From positions 62,001 to 126,000 of the forward strand of contig CBFFRP010000429.1 in the NCBI GenBank assembly GCA_965644295.1: 64,000 nt of DNA. The letters are read 5' to 3'. The first letter of the stretch is position 1. Each line of letters begins with the position of its first letter. The translations under genes and the position numbers were made by a program. The DNA comes from Paraphysomonas bandaiensis (taxonomy: Eukaryota > Protista > Chrysophyceae). Below the pieces are notes generated by a model. That model was not told where the DNA came from, ran no database searches, and saw nothing but the letters and a program-made list of their open reading frames with translations. This document shows, piece by piece, positions 39,398 through 50,595 of this stretch.

Positions 39398-40477
39398 TTA
39401 CAAATTGTAGGCTACAAACGCCTCCTCCCACTGAGAAGGGATCTCGCTTGCCCATATCGACATACCATAACAACCGTGGTCTTTAATCCACTCAGCAATC
39501 TGTTGCATATCATCTCCATCGACAGACCCAACAACATGGGTCTGGTGCGTAAAACCTACATTACTGCTGCCAGAGGTCACATAAGCTCCAAGCTGTTGGA
39601 CTAATGTATCATTCAAAATATCAGACTTTACCGCTCCACGAATAGATGGAAATTTCTTCAATAAAAAGTGGCCGACTTCCCGGCGAAATGAAATAACCGT
39701 GTCTCTATTTGACTCAGAGTCTGGTGCTTTACCCAGAAGATAGTCCGGAAGAAGGGTTACACTTGCTGTAGAAGTCAGAAGACCAAATCCAGCTTTACTT
39801 GGTGACACTTCTGAGAGTAATGTCTCGGCTGTCCATACAAAACTATCATATGATTTACCATACGTATCCATGGATACTATGGATTCGATATAGGGAGAGG
39901 CATTGAGATCAGCAAGATCATAATCAGCAGAACCTCCTATCCACACAGATAGAGACAAGTTATGCGAAGACAGTGCTTCTCCCCATTCTAAAACAAATGG
40001 AGTAGTTTCAGTAAAATTAATATGATTGAAACTCTCAAAGTCGACACTATAGCCATCCCATCCCCAGGTAATGGCCTCTTCTATGGTGGCCCTTATGAAT
40101 TGTTGCTTGCTCGCTTCATCATTAGCGAGAAGAGATAGTATTTCTGGTAATGGTTCGCAGTTACCAATAGTTTCATCACAAAACAAGCACGGATATGCCT
40201 TGAGACCAAGATTAGTCTTTAGATCGCGCTGAAACTGTTTACTTGACCAAGTATCATCTCCAGTTTCCCAAAACCCCAGCGAACCATCCGCATTAAGGGA
40301 ATAAATCAGCATAGAAGATACCGTCACTTCATTACGAATTTTATATTGCTGAAATAAGTCATATTGACGTTGTAGTTGTGAGTGGTTAAACCCGCCCATG
40401 CCCGCAGATAGCCATACATCGCTACTAACAGCTGAGGAGATATGCAGCAGAGTTAATATGAAAGATAATGCACGCAT
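39398..40477 (-). CDS. Secreted glycoside hydrolase family 18 (chitinase/chitobiase-like) protein
   Basis: Signal peptide; FIRATIEEAITWGWDGYSVDFE (DxxDxDxE-like), MDTY and terminal SIW; intronless 359 aa. Confidence 0.75.
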   Translation of the reverse strand: MRALSFILTLLHISSAVSSDVWLSAGMGGFNHSQLQRQYDLFQQYKIRNEVTVSSMLIYSLNADGSLGFWETGDDTWSSKQFQRDLKTNLGLKAYPCLFCDETIGNCEPLPEILSLLANDEASKQQFIRATIEEAITWGWDGYSVDFESFNHINFTETTPFVLEWGEALSSHNLSLSVWIGGSADYDLADLNASPYIESIVSMDTYGKSYDSFVWTAETLLSEVSPSKAGFGLLTSTASVTLLPDYLLGKAPDSESNRDTVISFRREVGHFLLKKFPSIRGAVKSDILNDTLVQQLGAYVTSGSSNVGFTHQTHVVGSVDGDDMQQIAEWIKDHGCYGMSIWASEIPSQWEEAFVAYNL

Positions 40478-40826
40478 GCGTATAGAGGGGATTCAGAGCA
40501 GGTAATACGATGTGACTGATTATGGTTCAATGGTACTGATTAGCACTCAGTGTGGTTATGTTTAACTCCAATCTGCAACACATCAGACACACACACACAT
40601 ATATATCTATATATATATACAGACAGAGCGGTAGAGGACCACCGCTCTTATACACTGTATTCCACGGTATACTACATTTGTGTATACGAAGTACGAAGTA
40701 TGTAGCAACTTATCTTTCTTGTATATACCGCCGTATACAGCACTGCACAGTATATTCATATGCATGCAGAGGTGGCAGGCACATGCATATGCCCATATCC
40801 ATAAACACACTCTCTATCGCCTGCCC

Positions 40827-41957
40827 ATGACTATACTTCACCCTCAACCAGTCTATTTGCTTCTATTCAGTCTATCAGTATCCCTCTACAGGGCTCAGAC
40901 TGTATTATCCCGATCCAGCTATGGGTCTAGTAACATGTCCTGGTCTGTCCCGTGTATGGCCCCATACAACACACTGTGTGCATCATTTACTCAAGAATGC
41001 TCTCGAGTTGTACTCGATGGAGCATTCAGTGAAAGGGACATAACGGATTTGAGGGACATTGCAGCTAAAGGGATGTCTGCTCGTGAGAGTATGGGCGGGC
41101 CCACCATTCTGGATATCAACACTGGCTTCCTCAGAGACACTAATGGTGTACAGAATCTATTTACAGAATCAAATGAGGTCTTTTCATCTTCTGATTTTGA
41201 GAAGTATGGGAATATTATCCGACATTTGAAGAACTTGGTATCCTCCACGTAAGAAATCACCTGATGTTATTGTACTGACATCTATACACAATCTTTGATA
41301 ATATCCGTATTTCACTCTTTGATACACAGATTTGGAGCAGAAGTGTATTTTACAGCTCCCACTTTTATCACACGACTTGATGGAAGGTCGTCTTGGAATC
41401 CTCAAGGTCAGACAACGAATTAGATTTTGTATGTTATGATGAACATCTTGTATTATATTTACGTTGTATTAATGATGGTTACTAATGTGAACAGAGATTC
41501 ACGATGAGTACTGGCATATCCATGCAGATATGAATAATACGGCACACTACCATTTCTCTGGTCTGTTGTACCTATCCAACTACGAGGAGGACTTCACTGG
41601 AGGTACTTCAGTTACATGTTGTGCATTTCGCAGTGGTAGATCTTAATGCTGTTATCAGGACGTCTCCTATTTTATCCTCCGGCCACCCCTCTATCACTAT
41701 CACCGGGAGTAGAACCTGAACAGATTATAGAACCTGTGGCTGGTCGTACTGTGATATTTAGTTCTGGTCCCGAAAATCCTCATAGAGTGGAGAGATTGCT
41801 CTCTGGACAGAGATTAGTACTGGCCTTCTGGTTTACATGTGACCAAAGCAGAGAATTTCAGATATTTTTAGACGGGAAAGCGCACACGGTTTTTTCCAAG
41901 AAGATAAAACAACAATTAGAAAGACAGAATCGAAAACAACAGAGTGCTGAATTGTAG
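40827..41957 (+). CDS. OGFOD3: 2-oxoglutarate/Fe(II) oxygenase, OGFOD3-like
   Basis: [71 protein letters not shown]. Signal peptide and C-terminal SAEL. Confidence 0.85.
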
Positions 41958-42794
41958 TTAAGATTATATATGTGGTAACGTTTTATACATATGCATAAAG
42001 CTATACCCTCACAATAGTGGTAGTCGCATTTGATGATCTCGGTGATGGACTAAGACTTTTGATTAGGCATTTTATTTCATCCCCTGCTTCAGTGTATGGA
42101 GATTTGATTATGTTAATCTTCTGTAGCTAGACTAGCTAATAAAAATTGAAGTCAATCGAAGGTAGTTATGTGCTTATTGCCAGAGATAGAATTAAGACTA
42201 AGATTAAAAAGCTTATAAAAAGAATAAAACCTTTTATTGAAGAGCAGTGCACAATTGCTTAAAGTACCAAAACTTTTCATATACATAATACAAGTTTATC
42301 ATGTACAGTGTACAGCAGGACTAAGGAATATATTGTAATTGTAATACCATTGTTAAAAGCGTGTCAACAAAAAAATTGATAAGAGTTTTTAGTAAACCAA
42401 TGAAACAATACTATTTCAACAGTAATCTCAGCTTCTAGACTTGATATTTCAGCTTCTATGGTTACCATTACCATTTATTTCGAATATATTTACCACTGGT
42501 TATTTTCGTATATAATAGTATATAGTATCTTTCTAGAAGTTTCGTGTTCATTTTTAGCACACTACATGACTACTTGTGGAAAGAGTGTATATATTAATAA
42601 TTAACATATCTTAGTGACTTACAAGTGATACCCTTTCCAGCAATAAAAACACCCATTTCGTGTGGATTATACATGCAACTGAACACACGACTGTATGTTA
42701 CAGCTCAAAAATACCACGAACAGCCTGAGACGGGTATATATTAATTTGTATCATTATATATATATGATGTAAACCGGAAACATCAGATAACCCA

Positions 42795-44775
42795 TCATAT
42801 ATTCGCAGCTTTGACAATTAGCTCTACGTTAGTGGATCCCCTGACGAAAATGATTAAATCAGCATTAAGAAAACAAAGCTTTCAACATACTTCATCGTCG
42901 CTTCAAGACTAGCAACTTCTTCAAGATATTCATAGGCCCTGCATGTAATAAATGAATTCACGTACTAAGAAATCGAGAACACAAAGAAAAAAATAGCATA
43001 CACAAAACCCAGGAAGAAGAAACCCAAGCTTACCTTATTACTCTAGAAAATGTTTTGGTCCATAATTTATACTCCTCCTCATCATTGGCCATAAATTCCG
43101 CTGCCTCCAGAGGGGCCAATTCCGAATATATCTGTACACAATGTCACAACAACCTATAAATAATTGAACCTCACCTTCGGTAAAAGGGCAAATTTAAATT
43201 TATTCACTGCCAAACGTAAGTCGTACTCTGATGCCAGCAATACCGGCCATGCAAATTCTCCCTGATTCATCGTAATCTTTCTCAATTTCTTGGTAAGTGA
43301 TGTAACTCCTTTCGGAAATTTTCTACGGACATAACAAAATTAGACTGTCACATAGAGGTCAGTATAATCTATTGTACACATCAATTTCATATAAAGGTAT
43401 ATCCTGTATATTGCAATTGAGTGGTGTGTATCTTACGAGTAGTCTGTCTCCAATTTGTATTGCCACAACTTGAAGGGCTTCTTGTTTATGGGATCATTAT
43501 TTTCAACAAAATCCTGCACACAACGCAATGACGTGAACGAAGGCAAGACTCACTATATCAGTCCATATAGTTCAGTATACTGATCACTGTATAAGCGTAT
43601 ATATAGCACACACATAGCACGATACAGTTTCGACACCATGCTTATATCATGTGGTCCGCAGGAGTACCTTTTCGCTTTTGTAAAGATCAAGCATTCCCCG
43701 TTCAAGTACCGCGTATCGACAGAGAAGTTTGCCACCATCAGACAGTGGTTGTCTCCACCAGAGCATTCCCCGAGCCCTAGTGCGACTAGCCTGAATATAA
43801 TAGATCAGTTGTTTGTACTGCAGCAAAGAGTTGAAACTACTATATATGACAACATTACAGACAGAATAATAGCAAGAAAAATGCGCATTATAACAAATTA
43901 TATTTATACTTCATAGGAAACACTGTGTACACATACTTCTTGTTGGGAAACTGTTTCCGCTGAGAGCACAGTCTCACAATAGTCTTCTTCTCTTTTAACC
44001 TCTGATTCACCATTGGATCCTTTGGAGTGATCGATCTCACCCTGATTAGGGGCTGAGTTCACTCTTTGATAGGAGCGATTACTAACGGAGGTGTCAAGGT
44101 TACGACCGCTGAGTGTGACTGATAAAAGAGTTAGATATAACATTTTTCATCTCTCATTTATTTTATACCTGTAACCTTCTCCATGGCGGTTTTGCTTCCA
44201 GGATGAAAGGCATCATAGCACCTTAGCCCCTCCCTCACAGTGAATGCGTAACCAACGACATACACAATAGTGGTAGATAAGGCCACCGCTGGGGGAATCT
44301 TCGCCCAGAAATTAAATATAGTTGCCAGAAATATACAAGTTAGTGAGGCAGCACCAATAAAGAGAACTAAGCGACGCTGGTCTCTGATCTTGTTAGCCAC
44401 AAAAAGTACGGTATCGAACTCAGCACCCTTCAAAGCAACAGCGGGTCCATGCATCGTAACAAGCGTACTCTGCGCAGTGGCAAATATCGACAAACACAGT
44501 GTAGCATGTATAAAACAATCATACAGGAACTCTAGACCGATCCACGTGTATCCTGTAGTGGGCATCGTGATCTCTCCAATCCCTATACACACATAAGGAA
44601 CACTCCTGAGCCAATCACATACATACACACCTGCAAATGAAAAAGCTCCAATGAGAGCTGCTTGTGTTCCTATGGACTGAAGGTTCCCCACATACAGGTT
44701 GATTAGACGGGTCTGCAGCTCAAGCATGCCCTTAGTAAGGGTTGCCTTGAGGTAGTTCTTATCTCCATGAATCAT
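42795..44775 (-). CDS. Orai-like 4-TM protein with C-terminal PH domain
   Basis: After removing intron 44630-44583, TM1 reads NLQSIGTQAALIGAFSFAGIGEITM, followed by three more TMs. Later exons give RARGMLWWRQ...CRYAVLERGMLDLYKSEK|DF...KFALLPK|...EFMANDEEEYKLWTKTFSRVI. Confidence 0.75.
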
Positions 44776-45301
44776 TGTGTAGTACAGTTAATTAAGTAGC
44801 ATATAGATATACTTCATACTGTGCTGCAGGTGTTATGTGTCTCGTCATGTGTTATATATGTATGTATATGTGTGCCTTAAGTGAGTGGGGTACATGTATA
44901 TATGTATGTATATACAGTACAGAGAATACGATATGGATAACATACACACAGAGGCAGCAGTTCTATGACACTAAAGTGTACATAGAGACATATATACAGG
45001 AGATTTTTGTAGATAGTGTAGCAGATTTTCGTACATAAATATATGGTATATGGGCATGAAAACTCCGAAATATAGAATCAGTTTTCAAGAAAACTGTGCT
45101 TAGAGAGCCTCACGACAGCAGCTCTTAACTAGCTCAGAGTATGGGCGGGCATTCAAGTTTGCTTAACCAGCAGAATGAGCCCATCTATTCTCGCACAAGC
45201 ATACTGCTATTCCATGTAGTAATCTGTGTCATTGTGACGGTACTTAGAAACCAATGTATGTATAAATATATATGCGGCTATAGTTATTTACAGTGAGCGC
45301 A

Positions 45302-46012
45302 ATGAATGTTGACAAAGAAGCTACTGATAATAATACCGAGACAAAGTCAAAGCGCTCTGAGCTTCCTTGGTGGATGCCTCCCCACTACAGAGCTCTTATG
45401 AAGCCCAACAAACAATATAGTCAGCCTAATGGACCCACTACGACAGCTTCCAGTGATGACCGAGTAACAGAAAAACGGAACAGATATAACAACCCGTCTA
45501 TTATATTTTACGCATTTACTGCATTTTTTCTTGTGGATGTTGCTATCTGGTTAGGCATAAAGAGGTTTTATAAGCGTCCATCAAAGGCATGGCAAGACAT
45601 GGGTCAGCAAGGAAATCGACATCAAGGTGACAGCAGTCAGCATCGACAGAATGCTGAATCATTTCACAAAAACTGGCAATCCGCCTACGCAAATTATGAA
45701 AGTTCACAGTCCTATCAACGTAGCTCGAGTTATCAACGTAATGAATCGACTTATCGTAGTTCGTACAGTGGTATACCATCTCATATAGAACGTCATATGA
45801 GGGCTTTGGATATACAGGGAAGTAGTTTACCCACCATAAATGAGGTCAAAAAAGCGTTTCGTCAGATATCTATGCATAATCACCCAGATAGATTAGACTC
45901 CAGTATATCTCCTTCAGAACGACAGAGGCGTATCCGAAAATTTATTAATGCCAACACATCCTACAAAGCACTTTTAACGAATTTGCGTATAGCAAACAAC
46001 GATATCAGCTAA
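45302..46012 (+). CDS. Single-TM protein with C-terminal DnaJ domain
   Basis: TM IIFYAFTAFFLVDVAIWLGI; J-domain EVKKAFRQISMHNHPDR...FINANTSYKAL. Confidence 0.85.
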   Translation: MNVDKEATDNNTETKSKRSELPWWMPPHYRALMKPNKQYSQPNGPTTTASSDDRVTEKRNRYNNPSIIFYAFTAFFLVDVAIWLGIKRFYKRPSKAWQDMGQQGNRHQGDSSQHRQNAESFHKNWQSAYANYESSQSYQRSSSYQRNESTYRSSYSGIPSHIERHMRALDIQGSSLPTINEVKKAFRQISMHNHPDRLDSSISPSERQRRIRKFINANTSYKALLTNLRIANNDIS

Positions 46013-46569
46013 TTAATGTAAATTTACCCTATGGCTTAAGTTAACTAAAAACTAACGTTTTGACATGGCTCTATGTTGTCAATTTCTATCATTACAGCAC
46101 TATCCATTAGAATTCACTAGTCAAGCATCAAGCAGAGTCAACATTCTCACACTCTTATTACAATGAATAATCTTTAATACTAAGTACCAGTAAGTTGCTA
46201 TCGTCATAGTGATATGAATTACTTCCAAGTATAGTATATATACATCACACTGACACCTAAATAAATACAATGTGTGTGTATTAATCTTGTCAGATTTTGA
46301 CGCTTCCTGTGTTCGAGCATACACTTGTACTTCCAAAGGTTTCAGCAGTAATATTAGTACACTGTACACTGCTAAAGGACAGCTGTTCTGCATGTTATTA
46401 TTACTAGTTACAAAATATTCTATGAAGCACTCCTGAGCTCCTGAGACAATGATATTTCAATTTCTCTGTAGAGGAAAGCTTCTCGATTTCGCAACTTTGA
46501 ATAAATTATGCCAATAGAATCTAGAATGCGTGAACAGTTTTTATCAAGAGTACAGGATAGCAAAACATG

Positions 46570-47378
46570 TTATTCGAACGGTTTGCGTACCACTACAGTT
46601 GCGAACTCCCATGTACGCCAACCATGCTTGCTACTAAACTCAACCCAGGTACGCGATATATCTAAAATTTTATTTTTCTCATCGGCATCCGTACTGCAGT
46701 CATTAGGTTCCGGCAATGCCCAATTCCTCACATTGTTGTATAAGTGCATTTCGTATGCTTCTAGCGACTGCATTTTTTCGTAACATATATCACATTTATG
46801 GTTTGTAAACCACGATTTCAACTCACTGATATTGCCATAAGATGTTGGAGTTACCTGTAAATAATCTAAAAATTCCTGACACGGAGGGGATACAAATACC
46901 AATTCCCCAACAACAACATACCCCCCTGGCTTTGTTATTTGTAATATCTTTTCTATCGTTTGCGGCTGCTGATTTTCAGGTAACGCTCCAATGCACAAAA
47001 CTGCGTCGTATTGATGTGACGATAAAGCAGCATTTTCAACCCACGTTAATAAATCTGATTCACACGTTTCAATATTGTTGTGTGCGGTCTCAGGCCAATT
47101 AGAGAGAACTGTCGCCTCCCTATCAACTCCAATACCAGAGCCTCTTGGACCAGTGCATGTCTGTACAATGTGACGTAGCAGTGCCCCCCTAAATATAACC
47201 CTGCATGTTACGTATTTAACTTGCATATATCAGCTAGTGACCTTCCACATCCAAGATCCACTACCACTGCATCTTCAGGCAACACCAATGCATTAACTAT
47301 ATCTTGGACAATTTCCTCGGTATGTGGACAGGTGTAAGGGAGGTCAGAGTGACCTATTTCTGATCTCTTCTTCATCAT
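46570..47378 (-). CDS. Class I SAM-dependent methyltransferase (bacterial YjhP-like)
   Basis: VVDLGCGR|GALL across intron 47241-47189, GIGVD, YDAVLCIGA, KPGGYVVVGE. An alternative upstream ATG exists at 47444. Confidence 0.8.
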
Positions 47379-47752
47379 TACTGAAATCACTCGAGAGGGG
47401 GGGCTATATATATACCGATAGATAGATATACCATACTCTCTCATTTGTGTGTTACATCAGTCTGCAGGAGTGATGCATACACAGCACTGCTGTACGCTGT
47501 ACACCATATCCAGATATACACACACACCAGCAGCAGGAACTACAGTAGTATCTATGGTAGAATACCACAGTATATACCTACTCCTACTGCTGTCTTCTTG
47601 TGATGTGTGATGTACGGTTACGTTGTTAACTTGTGGACACATAATGTACAAGGCACTATCAATAGAGTATCTCTTATTTATCGTGAAATTGCTATCTCGT
47701 CACTTCCATAGATAACTAGTACCTATGCTAATTTACAACACGTCTATATTAA

Positions 47753-48053
47753 GATGTGTGACCCTATTAGCCACATTAAGTAGCCACGCCTAATATGTCA
47801 AGTGTAAATATCATTGATTTGTTGTATGCATATTATGGCATTATTATTCCCTATCAAGATGGTATATGATAAAGTGGGGTTACCGTTTCAAATTTGTTCT
47901 ACATCAGAATAACTTAAAGAGATGATAAAAATCTGATCAAAGCATCTAACAAATCGATTTGTTGACATATTATGCGATGCTTGAGTTGACAATTGTGCTG
48001 TTTAGGAGTGGCTGATTGCAGGTTTCTCAATGTGGCTAACATGGTAACTCATC
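47753..48053. mobile_element. Possible degenerate MITE
   Basis: Imperfect ~28-bp inverted ends GATGTGTGACCCTATTAGCCACATTAAG / CTCAATGTGGCTAACATGGTAACTCATC; no clear TSD. Confidence 0.35.
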
Positions 48054-48404
48054 CCCAGATAGCAAATAGTACTACTGTATTAACATTCTAACCCTGTCTC
48101 GAAGAGAAATAATAACGTCTATGTGCAAAATATCAATACTCAGACCCTAAATTCAAGTAGTGTCCCTACGTAGCGACTTCAGACTTAAAAATGAAGTACG
48201 TACATCTACAGTGAAATAACAGATAAAGACATAAAATGACAAAAATAACCAAAAGAAACCACGTGCAATTATAACATGCTTTACAATCGGTATGACATTC
48301 CTAGGTAGCATTTCGTTGCAAAACAGCACTCAGTATATTATGTATTTTAGCATTCTTAATTTAAAGGACATTACTATGTCAAGATCAGAAAAAAATCTGG
48401 AAAG

Positions 48405-49742
48405 TTACTTCTGAAAATCATGATTATCATTGAATGTTTCTTGAAGGTCAATTTCAGTTTCGCTCGTTGACACGAAGAATAATATACGGTCGTAATCTTC
48501 TTTGTTGGCAATACCTCTATGGATACATCCCGGGAACAGCTTTAGTATAGAGTACGGTTCCGTGACTACTTGACAGACCTCCAAATGATCGGTTTTCTCA
48601 GCGGAGAAGAGTGTGTGTGGCTCTCCAAAGTAAAGATCCTCGGTGGGAGACTTAATGGGGCCATCTGGATGGCGAACAAACTGCGTGGCATTCTGCTGAG
48701 TCATCATTGTCATCGGAATCATGAGATTGCTCACAGTAGTGCCATAATCTTGATGCCATCTCTGGTTAAGAGTACCATTCTTTGGAGACACAATGAAGCC
48801 ATAGGAGAGAATAACACGCGGCGTACTGTAAAATTCCTTTAGGAGAGAAGCCGTAAAACTTTCGACCTTGGAATGCAGTTTTGATGCAAGCCATTCAGGA
48901 TGAGTTTTCCCGTTATGGAAGAGGTTAGCCCAGTAAATTTCCTTCTGGGCACTAGTTTTGAAGTTAAATATCTTCGACGCATTGTCGAGGGCACTCTTAA
49001 GGAGGTCGACTTCGTTATCATTGCAGGAGCGCATATGGGCCACTCCACCTGAGTACGAAGCAGTGGTCTCTCTCCAGTTTTCGACTATAAATATTAGTTG
49101 ACAAGTCTCATGCCATGCGTACAACATAGCAAAAGGAGCAAGTGCATAGCACACCCAGAGCGGCATATTGAGACAATAGGAAATCGGGTAGAGTGTATTA
49201 ATCAGCCAACATGCAGTCCCAAGATTATTGTAAGATTGTGCCGGAGTTAGCCATTCTTCGACAACGAAATACCATGGGAGTTTTGACGTGTCTTGGGAAG
49301 GATAAATAGACTGTGCGCTCACAGCAAAGTCAAACAAGCCAGTCGATATTTCTACGACAGTAAATAGTACAACAAATGTAACAATAGGAGATCCGAGATG
49401 AACACACCAAATTGCCAGGCAATATTGAGCTAACAGGTCAGCTAGCCAGTCCCAACCACAACCAATAACGGTTGACTGATTGTAGTGTCTTGCAATAGGC
49501 CCATCAATCCAATCCAAAAGCACGCTTCCAAATATGAGTGTGGCGATGCAAAACTTCCATTCAGGAGCATGAAGAATAAGCACCAAGGCAACAACAGCCA
49601 TTAGTATGCGAAAGTAATCAATAAGATTGGCATAATACCACCACACATCCTTAATTGTTTTCCGTATTCGGTGTGTGATCACATCTCCAGTGCTAGCTAC
49701 AGGGCCTGAGACCCACTTCCCTTTCTGATTGATGTACAACAT
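48405..49742 (-). CDS. CDP-alcohol phosphatidyltransferase fused to a PhyH-like Fe(II)/2OG dioxygenase
   Basis: One uninterrupted ORF. DWIDGPIARHYNQSTVIGCGWDWLAD matches D-x2-DG-x2-AR-x8-G-x3-D-x3-D; C-terminal QRWHQD...IPM...ATQF...HRGIAN...DRILFF. Confidence 0.85.
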   Translation of the reverse strand: MLYINQKGKWVSGPVASTGDVITHRIRKTIKDVWWYYANLIDYFRILMAVVALVLILHAPEWKFCIATLIFGSVLLDWIDGPIARHYNQSTVIGCGWDWLADLLAQYCLAIWCVHLGSPIVTFVVLFTVVEISTGLFDFAVSAQSIYPSQDTSKLPWYFVVEEWLTPAQSYNNLGTACWLINTLYPISYCLNMPLWVCYALAPFAMLYAWHETCQLIFIVENWRETTASYSGGVAHMRSCNDNEVDLLKSALDNASKIFNFKTSAQKEIYWANLFHNGKTHPEWLASKLHSKVESFTASLLKEFYSTPRVILSYGFIVSPKNGTLNQRWHQDYGTTVSNLMIPMTMMTQQNATQFVRHPDGPIKSPTEDLYFGEPHTLFSAEKTDHLEVCQVVTEPYSILKLFPGCIHRGIANKEDYDRILFFVSTSETEIDLQETFNDNHDFQK

Positions 49743-49962
49743 CTCTCCCACTATGTATGAATATACGCCACACCTTCTCAGAATGACTGCTGATAAAACT
49801 TCGAATAGTGAACATCTTTCTCTGGATTACAAATCCACTCACTCACTCCACTCTAGCCCGTTAGTACATATGTGAGCAGAAAACATGTGATTTCCACCAT
49901 CACTCGGAAATGAGAAACATCTGGACGATCCATGCCTGATATACAGACACGTATACCTGAAG

Positions 49963-50445
49963 TGTATGTATGTATGTCTGTATGTCTGTATGTCTGTATG
50001 TATGTATGTATGTATGTATGTATGTATGTATGTATGTATGTATGTATGTATGTATGTATGTATGTATGTATGTATGTATGTATGTATGTATGTATGTATG
50101 TATGTATGTAGGTATGTATGTATGTATGTATGTATGTATGTATGTATGTATGTAGGTATGTATGTAGGTATGTATGTATGTATGTATGTATGTATGTATG
50201 TATGTATGTATGTATGTATGTATGTATGTATGTATGTATGTATGTATGTATGTATGTATGTATGTATGTAGGTATGTATGTATGTATGTATGTATGTACG
50301 TATGTATGTACAGTGTATGTATGTATGTATGTATGTATGTATGTATGTATGTATGTAGGTATGTATGTAGGTATGTATGTATGTATGTATGTATGTATGT
50401 ATGTATGTATGTATGTATGTATGTATGTATGTATGTATGTATGTA
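49963..50445. repeat. (TATG)n microsatellite, ~480 bp
   Basis: Direct reading. Confidence 0.98.
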
Positions 50446-50595
50446 TATACAGTGTGTATTATTTGTACAGCTTGTCTGCCAATGAGATGTCTGGATGTCT
50501 TTATTGTCAGTGGTTAGCTATGGCTTCGTGCGTGTTCTATTAAACGCTCCAGTGCTGCAGAGTAAACTGTGCTGCTAAGTGTACATCAAAGAGCA

